Shown: in pieces, positions 8,306-17,811 of the stretch
How the letters are laid out: every line of letters starts with the position of its first letter
Numbering within the stretch: the first letter of the stretch is position 1
NCBI GenBank assembly: GCA_043822305.1
Contig: JBDRBU010000070.1
Coordinates: 1-27,136, forward strand
Length of the DNA: 27,136 nucleotides
Direction of reading: 5' to 3'
Origin: Candidatus Firestoneibacteriota bacterium
Lineage (GTDB): Bacteria; Oederibacteriota; D2-FULL-39-29; JBDRBU01
Program-made: the position numbers and the translations under genes
Notes under the pieces: model-generated
Seen by the model: only the letters and a program-made list of their open reading frames with translations
What the model was told of the DNA's origin: nothing
The model's database searches: none

Positions 8306-10108
8306 CTATTTAATCATACCTATAAAATATGGAAAGTAAGTTATGATAAGAACCGCTATAAATAATAATAGTAGAAATTTGAAAGTACAACGGTAAACCT
8401 CTATAACGGGCTGGTCAAATCTATATGCAGATAAAAACAGGTTCATCCCTACCGGAGGTGTAAGATACCCTAATTCTAAGTTTGCAATAAAAATTATTCC
8501 CAGATGAACAGGATCAATTCCAAAGGCAAGACCTAAAGGTTTTATTAAGGGAACCACGACAACAAGTGCTGAAAAAATATCCATCATACATCCAACAATA
8601 AGAAGAATTATATTTAGTGATAGAAGAAACACTAATGGCGAGTGTATATTTGCCTTAGCCCAGGTAGTTATCATCGCCGGAACCTCAGCATCTACTATAA
8701 AATTAGTAAGACCCATAGCCACACCAACTATAATTAATACTCCACCTATCAATATTACGCATTTTAAAAGAACATTAGGAAAATCTTTAAATAAATTCAT
8801 ATCCCTATAAATAAAAGATTCAACTATAAATATATAAACAACAGTTATAGCCGCTGCCTCCACTAATGTCGTGTATCCACCAAATATTCCAAAAAGAACT
8901 ACAAAGGGGATAGCCACTTCCCATTTTGATTCATTTAAAGCAAGAAATGCTTCCTTTATCTTAAATGGTACTTTTTCTACCTTGTGTTTGATTCCTTCTA
9001 TCATGCTAAAAACTGCAATGAATAAAACAAGAAGTATCCCCGGTAGTATCCCGTTCTTAAAAAGGGCTGCAATTGATGTCCCTGAAAATACTCCATAAAG
9101 AATCATAGGTAAACTAGGCGGGAATAGTAAACCCAGACTACCTGTAGCCGTTAGTAGTCCTATTGCAAATTTCTTTTTATATCCGCTATTAATAAGTACC
9201 GGTAGAAGTATCCCCCCTAAGGCTAAAATTGTAACTCCAGAAGCACCGGTAAATGTTGTAAAAAATGTGCAGACTAATGTTGCAGCAATAGCCAGACCTC
9301 CAGGCATCCACGCAAATAATGCCTTAAACAATCTTATCATCCGTTTACTTGCTCCACTTTCAGCCAATATATATCCGGCCAGTGTAAAAAGTGGAATAGT
9401 CGGTAGCACCGGATTAGTAACTATTCTAAATATTTCAACCGGTATAGATGCCGTAGGTACGCCATTATTAAAAAATAGAAGTAAACCCAGACCTCCAAGA
9501 ACTACAAAAATTGGAATACCCAGAAGAGATGATACTAACAACATTATAATCAATGGTATAATCAAATAAGACATATAAGGGAACAAATAAAAGCCAAGTA
9601 ATGAAGCCGTGAGAATTCCAGTGGAAGAAATGACCTTATTTAATGTTCCCTTTGGAAGGCTTATGGCAAAACGAAAAGCCATAACCAAAAAACATATCGG
9701 CATAATTAGCTCAATCACCCAAACCGGCAGCCAGTTTGCTATCCTCTGAGGTGAAGATATTTCAGCACGAACCATTTGTAAACTTGCCCAAAACAAGCCC
9801 GTGCAGACCATAGTCGAAACAATACTTCGGACCAAAATACCAATCCTGCTAAATTTTTGCGGTAAAAACTCAATCCCGCCGGACAAGGTTAAATGCCTTT
9901 TATCACGAGTGGCAATAATTGCACCAATAAAACCAACAAGTAAAGTTAGATGCTGGACATAAATAGTAGAACCTGCAATCCCTGTGCCAAAAATTTTTCT
10001 AAGGAAGATTTCTGCTGTGGGAAGAACGGCCATGGCGAAAAGAAGAATTCCAGCGGTTGTATTTTCTATTTTATGAAAAAAGTATTCTATCCTGTTTAGT
10101 ACATTCAT
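8306..10108 (-). CDS. TRAP transporter fused small/large permease (DctQ-DctM, TatQM)
   Basis: N-terminal DctQ-like four-helix part, then DctM motifs IPLFTLAG, FTGASGVTILALG, GSLGLLFPPS, ELGYLTPPVGMNLF. Confidence 0.93.
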   Translation of the reverse strand: MNVLNRIEYFFHKIENTTAGILLFAMAVLPTAEIFLRKIFGTGIAGSTIYVQHLTLLVGFIGAIIATRDKRHLTLSGGIEFLPQKFSRIGILVRSIVSTMVCTGLFWASLQMVRAEISSPQRIANWLPVWVIELIMPICFLVMAFRFAISLPKGTLNKVISSTGILTASLLGFYLFPYMSYLIIPLIIMLLVSSLLGIPIFVVLGGLGLLLFFNNGVPTASIPVEIFRIVTNPVLPTIPLFTLAGYILAESGASKRMIRLFKALFAWMPGGLAIAATLVCTFFTTFTGASGVTILALGGILLPVLINSGYKKKFAIGLLTATGSLGLLFPPSLPMILYGVFSGTSIAALFKNGILPGILLVLFIAVFSMIEGIKHKVEKVPFKIKEAFLALNESKWEVAIPFVVLFGIFGGYTTLVEAAAITVVYIFIVESFIYRDMNLFKDFPNVLLKCVILIGGVLIIVGVAMGLTNFIVDAEVPAMITTWAKANIHSPLVFLLSLNIILLIVGCMMDIFSALVVVVPLIKPLGLAFGIDPVHLGIIFIANLELGYLTPPVGMNLFLSAYRFDQPVIEVYRCTFKFLLLLFIAVLIITYFPYFIGMIK

Positions 10109-10166
10109 TGACTTTCCTTAGTGTCCAATATGATGGTCATGGTTAATTGCGAAGCAATTAGACCTT
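10109..10166 (-). repeat. About 60-bp hairpin repeat, copy 1, filling the tatP-tatQM spacer
   Basis: AAGGTCTAATTGCTTCGCAATTAACCATGACCA...ACACTAAGGAAAGTCA, with an inverted copy at 14079-14139. Confidence 0.85.
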
Positions 10167-11169
10167 ACTTTTTCTTTCCTGAAATAAATTCTTCATGGTA
10201 TTTATTTACTTCTTCATACATTTCTTTAAGTTCAGGTGTATTAAGTAACCGCGGGTAAGCTGCTTTTGATTTACTTCTCCAGACAGTCAAGGCCTCATCT
10301 GGAATTTCATTGACAACAAGACCATATTTTTTCATTATTTCTATTGCTTCTTTATCTAAGGCTCGTATCTTGCTTTTTAATATTTCTCCTTTTTTCTTTG
10401 CCACTTCTTCTAATTTAATTCTTATATCTTTTGGAATTGTCTCCCATGTTTTTAAATATACGGCCGTTGCTCCGGTAAGGGGTGCCCATTTAAGATCTGT
10501 CATATTATTCGCTAACCCGAACCACTGGAAGGAAAGCGCGGCCAGAGCAGTTGTGGAAAAAGCATTTATCATTTTTGTTTGAAGTGAAGTAAGAATATCA
10601 GTTGGTGCAAGTGGCACAACCCTAAAACCTGCGTCTTTCCATGCAGAAACAACATTAGTATCACCACCCCAGACAAATAATGACTGGTCTTTAAGGTCGT
10701 CCGGATAAATAACCTTTTTCTGCGAGAAAAATCTAACCCAGCCAACATCTCCCCAGTTTAAAACCTTAAAACCCTTTGCCTCTAATTTATCCTGTAATTT
10801 CTTTGATACTTTTTCAAATATATAATCAAGTTCTTCATATGATTGTATCATCATCGGCATCTGCATGGCTTGAACTTCAGAAGTAATATCAGAAAGCCCT
10901 ACACCGGTTATGGCTACGGAATGTAACTGCCCTATCCTGATTTTTCTTATCATATCAGACTCATCGCCAGCAACTCCACCTGCATATATTTTCAAAGTTA
11001 CCGAGCCATTGGACACTTTTTTCCATTCCTCGCCCATCTCTCTTAGAACATCATACCAGACTGACCCTTCTGGGGCTAATGTTCCTAATTTAATTGTGAG
11101 TGAATAAGCATCTTTGCTTGAAAATATTAAAATTACAAATAATAAAAAAGTAATAATTTTTTTTATCAC
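10165..11169 (-). CDS. dctP: TRAP transporter substrate-binding protein DctP (TatP)
   Basis: Signal peptide, then IKLGTLAPEGSVW, YAGGVAGDESDMIRKIRIGQL, NWGDVGWVRFFS. GTG start with SD AGGAGG. Confidence 0.92.
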   Translation of the reverse strand: MIKKIITFLLFVILIFSSKDAYSLTIKLGTLAPEGSVWYDVLREMGEEWKKVSNGSVTLKIYAGGVAGDESDMIRKIRIGQLHSVAITGVGLSDITSEVQAMQMPMMIQSYEELDYIFEKVSKKLQDKLEAKGFKVLNWGDVGWVRFFSQKKVIYPDDLKDQSLFVWGGDTNVVSAWKDAGFRVVPLAPTDILTSLQTKMINAFSTTALAALSFQWFGLANNMTDLKWAPLTGATAVYLKTWETIPKDIRIKLEEVAKKKGEILKSKIRALDKEAIEIMKKYGLVVNEIPDEALTVWRSKSKAAYPRLLNTPELKEMYEEVNKYHEEFISGKKK

Positions 11170-11208
11170 ATTTCCTCCTTTAATTTCTCTTGCACAAATT
11201 TTAAAAAT

Positions 11209-12129
11209 CTATTCTTTTCCCTCCAAAAAATAATCATCTATATTGTCCAATAGCCATTTTGCTCTTCTTTGCATAATAATATTTGCTAAACGAGATTTAG
11301 GATTTTTATTCACATCTATAGAAAGTGCCTGATTTAGCAAATTCTTAAATTCATTTATATCCTGCTTCATAATGCAAACACTTGTAGCTAAGGATATATA
11401 TGGCCCTATCTTTTCGCCTTTTGATAATTCAACTGCTCGTTTAAAATGCTCTCTGGCCTTCTTCTCGCTTCCGCCCATCGCTTCACTGCGACTGCCATCA
11501 TATGAAATGAAAAACTCATGAGCAGAGCCATCATCAAAACTTTCATCTAATTCAAGCACCCTATTTACCATGGCTACTCCTATTGGCAACTCAGCAATTA
11601 ATTCTACATTATCCTTGGCTACTGTTAAGGCAGCAACCCATGAAGCGCCACACCAGTAAAGCAATCCAACATCTTCTTTATTTGTCATAGCCATAGCATT
11701 TTTTAAGTCTTTCTTGATTAACTCCGAAAACCCTTTGTGGTTTAACTCAAGCCCTTTTAAGGCATAATCCCTTGCTCTTATATAAAGTAAATATGCTCGA
11801 TGTCTTAAATGCTTTGCCTTTCCATAATCCTCTTTATCTGTTTTCTCTGCTTCTATTTGAACAAATGCATATGAATACATACAGAATGTTTTTGATATGG
11901 CTAAAATTAATCCTTTATGTTCAGGAACTCCATCTAAAACTGATTCATTAAATTTCAAGGCAAAAGGAAGAGCATCTTTAATTAAATCAGGATCATTGTC
12001 AGAAGTAAATATAGAACCTCCTTCTGAAAGAGCATCTCCAACAGCATTTAAGGCTATGCTTTTGATTGAACAACCACTAAAAATAAATAAACAAAAAAAT
12101 ATTACAAATATTATCAATTTTATTTTCAT
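11209..12129 (-). CDS. tatT: TRAP transporter T component (TatT) lipoprotein
   Basis: Lipobox FSGC. Motifs DNDPDLIKDALPFALK, YSYAFV, LYIRARDYAL, MGGSEKKAREHFKRAVELS. Lies directly upstream of dctP and dctQM. Confidence 0.88.
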   Translation of the reverse strand: MKIKLIIFVIFFCLFIFSGCSIKSIALNAVGDALSEGGSIFTSDNDPDLIKDALPFALKFNESVLDGVPEHKGLILAISKTFCMYSYAFVQIEAEKTDKEDYGKAKHLRHRAYLLYIRARDYALKGLELNHKGFSELIKKDLKNAMAMTNKEDVGLLYWCGASWVAALTVAKDNVELIAELPIGVAMVNRVLELDESFDDGSAHEFFISYDGSRSEAMGGSEKKAREHFKRAVELSKGEKIGPYISLATSVCIMKQDINEFKNLLNQALSIDVNKNPKSRLANIIMQRRAKWLLDNIDDYFLEGKE

Positions 12130-12362
12130 AAATATTCAGCAAAAGCCTTCTAATTTTTAATTCCCCTCTTAATTTTAATTCCCCCTTGATAAAGGGGGTT
12201 AGGGGGTTGTTTAATTACAAGTTTCAGTTTACCAAATAATATTTTATCTCATACGATAAAATACCCTTCTGCCTAAGTTCTTTTGCACGAAATTTCAATA
12301 CAACAACCCCCTTGATCCCCCTTAACAAAGGGGGAATATGGGAATATAATTTGACTATTTAC
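12128..12362 (-). mobile_element. MITE copy B, degenerate, with a different DUF559-like internal deletion
   Basis: TIR-like ATAAATATTCAGCAAAAGCC at 12128-12147 and TGACTATTTAC at 12352-12362. Both CCCCCTT palindrome clusters are shared with copy A. No intact target duplication. Confidence 0.75.
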
Positions 12363-12447
12363 CAATTCCCAATAAAAGCATTAAAACTTGCCTATTTTGA
12401 AGATAATATCCCATTTTTACTATCGTTTTTTGGCAAAACGAGATACA

Positions 12448-13290
12448 CTATTCCATTTTTTTCATAATTTCATAGATTCTATTTAATTCATCCAAGGTAT
12501 AATAATATATTTCTATCTTGCCTTTTTTCCTGCCTTTTATTTTGACTTTTGTTCCGAAGATGTATTGTAACTGTTTTTCTGCATCAGCGATATGAATATC
12601 AATTTCCGGCTGTCCTTTTAATTTATCTCCTGATTTTTTAACTTTAGATGCTAATGCCTCTGACTGTCTGACCGATAGTTCTTTTTTGATTATATTTTCA
12701 CATATACTATCCTGCAATGAAGTTTCCTCTATCCCAAGTAAAACCATAGCATGCCCAACTGAAATTGTTTCACGTGAAACATATTCTTGAATTTTATCTG
12801 GTAGATTTAATAATCGCAGGATATTTGTGATGGTGCTTCTATCTTTTCCTACTTTTTTGGCTATCTCTTCATGAGTCAAATTAAACTCTTCTATAAGCCG
12901 TTTATATGCGTTTGCTTCCTCGATAGAGTCTAAATTGTCCCTTTGAATGTTTTCTATTAATGCTAATTCTAACATATCCCCATCTTTAACATCTTTTACA
13001 ACAACCGGTATTTTAGATAACTTTGCCTCTTTTGCGGCTCTTAATCGTCTTTCTCCTGCTATCAACTCATACTCATTTTCGCCGATTTTTCTTACTAATA
13101 CGGGCTGAACTATGCCCTTTTCTTGAATAGAAGCAATTAGATTATGAAGTTTAGTTTGGTTAAAGTTTTTTCTTGGTTGGTACCTGTTCGGTTTTATTTT
13201 GTCTATCTCTATTTCTTCTATTCCAGATTTTACTTCTTCTTTATGTCTGGGAATTAGCGATTCTAATCCCCTCCCCAATCCTTTTAACAT
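12448..13290 (-). CDS. parB: Chromosome partitioning protein ParB (Spo0J)
   Basis: Motifs GLGRGL, PNRYQPRK, ELIAGERRLRA, ALIENIQR, and HTH GKDRSTITNILRLL. Confidence 0.97.
   Translation of the reverse strand: MLKGLGRGLESLIPRHKEEVKSGIEEIEIDKIKPNRYQPRKNFNQTKLHNLIASIQEKGIVQPVLVRKIGENEYELIAGERRLRAAKEAKLSKIPVVVKDVKDGDMLELALIENIQRDNLDSIEEANAYKRLIEEFNLTHEEIAKKVGKDRSTITNILRLLNLPDKIQEYVSRETISVGHAMVLLGIEETSLQDSICENIIKKELSVRQSEALASKVKKSGDKLKGQPEIDIHIADAEKQLQYIFGTKVKIKGRKKGKIEIYYYTLDELNRIYEIMKKME
12766..12781. promoter_or_regulatory. parS: parS centromere site inside parB
   Basis: TGTTTCACGTGAAACA is a perfect palindrome matching the widespread parS consensus and encodes VSRET. Confidence 0.92.
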
Positions 13291-14044
13291 TTTGAATCAC
13301 CTCTTTGGCTAACGATAAATAGGCTTCTGAGCCTGTACTTCTAATATCGTATAAAATTGCGGGCTTTCCATATGATGGAGCCTCGCTTAATCTCACATTT
13401 CTTGGAATTATTGTATTATATACTTTTTCTTTGAAATATTTTTTAATCTCATCACTTACCTGCTGAGAAAGAGTTGTCCGACTATCATACATTGTCAAAA
13501 CTACACCTTCTATTTCTAAATTAGGGTTTAAACTCTTTTTAACCAATTCTATTGTATTTAAAAGTTTGCTAACCCCTTCAAGAGCATAATATTCACATTG
13601 AATTGGAATCAAAACACTATCAGCTGCAGTCAAAGTATTAACTGTAAGTAGCCCTAAAGATGGGGGACAATCTATAAATATATAGGCATAATCATCTTTT
13701 ATTGGGACAATAACATTCTTTAAGCGGTTTTCTCGAGCAATTAATGGGACAAGCTCTATTTCGGCTCCTGTCAAATCAATATTTGAAGGCGCGATATCAA
13801 GATACTGAATTTCAGTTTTTAGTATTATTTCCTGAATTGGCTTATTATCTATAATACAGTCGTAAATACTACTTTTCACACTATACGGATTGATTCCAAA
13901 TCCACTTGTAGCATTACCTTGAGGGTCCATATCAATAAGAAGAGTTTTCTTTTCCATCACTCCAATAGATGCTGACAAATTAACAGCCGTGGTTGTTTTA
14001 CCAACTCCACCTTTTTGATTAGTAATTGCTATTATTTTTCCCAT
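13241..14044 (-). CDS. parA: Chromosome partitioning ATPase ParA (Soj)
   Basis: Deviant Walker A NQKGGVGKTTT, plus DMDPQGNA, IDCPPSLG, QCEYYALEG, IPRNVRLSEAPSYG. Confidence 0.97.
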   Translation of the reverse strand: MGKIIAITNQKGGVGKTTTAVNLSASIGVMEKKTLLIDMDPQGNATSGFGINPYSVKSSIYDCIIDNKPIQEIILKTEIQYLDIAPSNIDLTGAEIELVPLIARENRLKNVIVPIKDDYAYIFIDCPPSLGLLTVNTLTAADSVLIPIQCEYYALEGVSKLLNTIELVKKSLNPNLEIEGVVLTMYDSRTTLSQQVSDEIKKYFKEKVYNTIIPRNVRLSEAPSYGKPAILYDIRSTGSEAYLSLAKEVIQNVKRIGEGIRIANSQT

Positions 14045-14051
14045 TTCATAA

Positions 14052-14080
14052 ATTTTACTAAAATTTCATAGATTTGTCAA
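14052..14080 (-). promoter_or_regulatory. sigma70 promoter of parAB, probably leaderless
   Basis: TTGACA(14080-14075)-17 bp-TAAAAT(14057-14052), then 7 nt to ATG 14044, with no SD. Confidence 0.65.
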
Positions 14081-14139
14081 GGTCTAATTGCTTCGCAATT
14101 AACCATGACCAATATTATATTTTACACTATGGAAAGTCA
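14076..14139 (+). repeat. About 60-bp hairpin repeat, copy 2
   Basis: GTCAAGGTCTAATTGC-TTC-GCAATTAACCATGAC...ACACTATGGAAAGTCA, inverted relative to 10109-10166. Confidence 0.85.
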
Positions 14140-14185
14140 GGAACCAAAACATAAATATTGATTTTTTTGTCTGGTGAGATTTTCT

Positions 14186-15009
14186 CTACGATAGAATTCT
14201 CTTCACTATTTGAGAATTTTCTTTGATTTGATTTTTGTATTTTTGAAATGCTCCTATAACTACCGCATCAGTGGGTTTTATATTTTCAAAAGCATATTCA
14301 AACGATTTTTTCACTTTCTCAAAAGTATTACAATTTCTACCTGCGGCTAATATTTTAAATCCCAGACAGGGTTTTTTAACATTTCTTATTACAGCGGTCA
14401 TTTTATCAGGGGGTCGCCTTTTATAAATTCCTCTTTCACTTGAGTTGTCATAGTGGCTTGGTACGGTTTAAATTTTCTGGCAAGATTATAAAAACAACAC
14501 ATATAAAAATCTGTTTCCCATCCTTTTTCTTCTACATATTCTATCACTTCTGGGATACGAGAGCAAATACCTGCCAACATATTATTGTCTTTTATGAATT
14601 TCACAATATCTCTCACTTCATTAATTTTACCTTCACGATATTTATTATCAACAGCTGTACCATGATGATATATGGCTATTGGTTTATATTTAATTATTTC
14701 TTTTATATTTGCTTTGATATCTTTCATCTCACTTGCTGTCTGGCATATCCATTGAATGTTCCCACCGCTTTCGCGATGTTCTAAAATCGCCCTCATATAA
14801 AACCTGTCTCCCCTGAACTGAACAGTGTTGATTCCGTTTTTTTGACATTCTTTTAATAATTTTTGAACATTTGACATTGTATAATATTTTCTCATCTCCC
14901 AGTCTAATTTATTGGACCGATGAGAAAATCCTGTTATTGGATTACCTCCAATAATTAACCTGCTAATTTCGTGCTTGCCTATTTTTATCCTGGGTATATT
15001 TATTTTCAT
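14186..15009 (-). pseudogene. Aldo/keto-reductase-like conserved protein, frameshifted at the G5 tract 14409-14413
   Basis: N part (ISRLIIGGNP..GFSH, IYHHGT, DFYMCCFYNL) and C part (KPCLGFKILAAGR, IKPTDAVVIG) look like halves of one gene. They join in frame if the tract length changes. Confidence 0.7.
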
Positions 15010-15126
15010 AATGTTTCAAACTGTAGTCCATTTCTGTAAATTCAAGTATTTTTTCGCACCTTAAAATCTTCTTATTTCCTTGTGATTCCCTATCAAATTC
15101 TACTTTTAGAAGATGTTGAATTGCAT

Positions 15127-15840
15127 CTATTCCCTGGATAATGGGTGTTTTTTGGGAATACCATCTCTTCTTGGATACTCCATATGAGTTAATCTCTTTT
15201 TTCTTATAACAACTATGTGTCTAATTTCTTTAAAAAATGGGAGTTTTATCTTCTCAATCTTTTCAATATTTCCACCTAATAATTCTACAACCTTTTTGCT
15301 TTCTTTTATTTCTTGTTCGTCCTTTCCTTTTAATGCTAAAAATACTCCATTTATTTTAACAAAGGGCATTCCTAATTCAACAAGTTCATTCATCTTAGCT
15401 ACTGCCCTGGAACATACAATATCATACTTTTCTCTAAAATCAGGTTTTCTTCCAAAATCCTCTGCTCTTCCCCAAAAAATATTTGTATCTTTTAGCATTA
15501 ATAAATTTTTCATATGATTTAAAAATGCACATTTCTTTTTTGAAGAATCAAGCAAATCTAAATTTAAATTTTCAAAACAAATTTTTAAGGCCAAACCAGG
15601 GAATCCTGCGCCAGTTCCTACATCTAACAATCTACATTGCAACTTAACATATGGGATTAAAGTAAACGAATCAATAAAAAGATTTATAAAAATATCTTCA
15701 TCTTTTTTAAAAGAAGTAAGATTGCATTTTTTGTTCCAGATTTTTAATTCATTAATATAAACTTTTATATCGGAAATTTGATTACTCGAAAGTTTTATAT
15801 TTGCATCTTTTAAAATATTTTCCAGGACTTTAGTATTCAT
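15127..15840 (-). CDS. rsmG: 16S rRNA m7G527 methyltransferase RsmG (GidB)
   Basis: Motifs WNKKCNLTS, LDVGTGAGFPG, LDSSKKK, RAE, SRAVA, YPRRDGIPKKHPL. Lies downstream of mnmG. Confidence 0.96.
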   Translation of the reverse strand: MNTKVLENILKDANIKLSSNQISDIKVYINELKIWNKKCNLTSFKKDEDIFINLFIDSFTLIPYVKLQCRLLDVGTGAGFPGLALKICFENLNLDLLDSSKKKCAFLNHMKNLLMLKDTNIFWGRAEDFGRKPDFREKYDIVCSRAVAKMNELVELGMPFVKINGVFLALKGKDEQEIKESKKVVELLGGNIEKIEKIKLPFFKEIRHIVVIRKKRLTHMEYPRRDGIPKKHPLSRE

Positions 15841-15845
15841 GATTT

Positions 15846-15874
15846 ATTATATCACAAATCCGAAAGAATGTAAA
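15846..15874 (-). promoter_or_regulatory. sigma70 extended -10 promoter of rsmG, probably leaderless
   Basis: TTTACA-17 bp-(TGn)TATAAT, then 5 nt to ATG 15840. Confidence 0.6.
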
Positions 15875-15897
15875 TCTTAAATTTTACGCACTAAATT

Positions 15898-17751
15898 TTA
15901 CGCAGAATGCTTCTTTAAGTATATCAAAATTATATTAATATCCGATGGTGTAACACCCGAGATTCTACTTGCCTGCCCGATTGACTCTGGTTTAATTTTA
16001 GTTAATTTTTCAATTGCCTCAGAAGACAAACTATGTATTTTTTTATAATCCGTATCTTCTGGTATCTTTTTCTTCTCCATTTTTTCAAATTTCTCAATCA
16101 GAATGTTCTGTCTTTTAATATAACCTTCGTATTTAACCTGAATTTCAACTTGTTCAACAACTTCTCTTATCAGTTTTTCATCATTAACTTCTTCTTTCGG
16201 TAAAAATTTTTCAATATCCAGATACTTTATTCCTGGTCGCTTTAAAAAATTGTCCAATGAAATTCTTTCTGTTAAAACAGGCATCTCCTTTGGTGATAAA
16301 AATGTTTTCTTTAAAATTTCTAATTTTTCTTCTATCATTTTCCTTTTCACTAAAAATTTACCATATCTTTCTTCTGATATAAGCCCTATTTTATAACCCT
16401 TTTCTGTAAGTCTTAAATCTGCATTATCCTGTCTTAAAACTAATCTATGCTCCGCACATGAAGTAAACATTCTATAAGGTTCATTAGTTCCTTTTGTAAC
16501 TAAATCATCTATTAAAACCCCTATATAACCATCAGTTCTATCTAACACAAATTCCTCTTTGTTTTTTGCTCTTAAACCAGCGTTTATACCGGCAATTAAT
16601 CCCTGTCCTGCTGCTTCTTCATAACCAGATGTTCCATTTATCTGTCCAGCAAAATATAAATTTTTCACTAACTTTGTCTCTAATGTATGTTTTATCTGAT
16701 AAGGAGGCGAAAAGTCATATTCTATAGCATATCCTGGCCTCATTATTTCAACATTTTTTAATGCAGGAATTGTTCTTAGTAAACTTAACTGAACATCGTA
16801 TGGCAGACTCGTAGAAAGTCCATTAAGATAAATTTCTAAGGTATTCAGCCCTTCTGGCTCTAAAAATATCTGATGCCTGGTTTTCTCTGGAAACCTCACA
16901 ACTTTATCTTCTATTGAAGGACAGTATCTTGGGCCCACACCTTTTATTCTTCCACTATAAAGAGGTGAGCGGTGCATATTTTCCTTTATTATTCTATTGG
17001 TTTCTTCATTTGTATAAACTATGTAGCATGGAACCTGTTCCAGTATAATTTTCTCTGTTTCAGAAGAAAACGGAATCGGCTCGATATCTCCTGATTGTAC
17101 CTTTGTTTGAGAAAAATCTATCGTATTCCTGTTTACCCTCGGATTAGTCCCTGTTTTTAATCTCCCTAATTCAAAGCCAATTTCTCTTATGGAATAGGAT
17201 AACTTTTCTGCAGATAGATCACCATTCCTTCCACCAGCATAAGAAACTTCTCCAATATGAATCAACCCATTTAAAAATGTCCCTGGCGAAATTATCACGG
17301 TTTTCCCTTCGTATATTGTCCCAATATTACTTACAACACCTACACAAATCCCATTTTCTACTAATATCTTTTCTATTATTTCTTGTTTTAAATCTAAATT
17401 TTTCTGAGTTTCTACAATATATTTCATAGCAAATTGATATGCTTTCTTATCACACTGTACCCTTAAAGAATGAACTGCAGGACCTTTTCTTGTGTTTAAC
17501 ATTCTAAACTGAATACCTGATTTATCTGTCACCTTACCCATTTCTCCACCCAGAGCATCAATTTCTCTTACTAAATGGCCCTTTGCCAACCCACCAATGG
17601 CTGGATTGCATGACATTTGGGAAATAGTGTCTAAATTTATCGTAAAAAGCACTGTTTTACACCCCATTCTTGCTGCTGATAATGAAGCCTCAACACCAGC
17701 ATGACCTGCTCCCACCACTACGACATCATATTTTTGACTAAACTTATACAT
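15898..17751 (-). CDS. mnmG: tRNA uridine-5-carboxymethylaminomethyl modification enzyme MnmG (GidA)
   Basis: Motifs VVGAGHAGVEA, MSCNPAIGG, GPRYCPSIEDK, GYAIEYD, AGQINGTSGYEEAA. SD GGAGG supports ATG 17751. Confidence 0.98.
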   Translation of the reverse strand: MYKFSQKYDVVVVGAGHAGVEASLSAARMGCKTVLFTINLDTISQMSCNPAIGGLAKGHLVREIDALGGEMGKVTDKSGIQFRMLNTRKGPAVHSLRVQCDKKAYQFAMKYIVETQKNLDLKQEIIEKILVENGICVGVVSNIGTIYEGKTVIISPGTFLNGLIHIGEVSYAGGRNGDLSAEKLSYSIREIGFELGRLKTGTNPRVNRNTIDFSQTKVQSGDIEPIPFSSETEKIILEQVPCYIVYTNEETNRIIKENMHRSPLYSGRIKGVGPRYCPSIEDKVVRFPEKTRHQIFLEPEGLNTLEIYLNGLSTSLPYDVQLSLLRTIPALKNVEIMRPGYAIEYDFSPPYQIKHTLETKLVKNLYFAGQINGTSGYEEAAGQGLIAGINAGLRAKNKEEFVLDRTDGYIGVLIDDLVTKGTNEPYRMFTSCAEHRLVLRQDNADLRLTEKGYKIGLISEERYGKFLVKRKMIEEKLEILKKTFLSPKEMPVLTERISLDNFLKRPGIKYLDIEKFLPKEEVNDEKLIREVVEQVEIQVKYEGYIKRQNILIEKFEKMEKKKIPEDTDYKKIHSLSSEAIEKLTKIKPESIGQASRISGVTPSDINIILIYLKKHSA

Positions 17752-17811
17752 ATCCCTCCACTTTTCATATAAAAGACCACGCAAAATGGGAATTTACCTT
17801 AAATCACTAAG

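Noticed and set aside
17752..17784. Longer N-termini given by the ORF track for mnmG (also nadE, abiEi and the 777-aa protein)
   Set aside because: Downstream ATGs have clear SD motifs and fit the expected protein starts.
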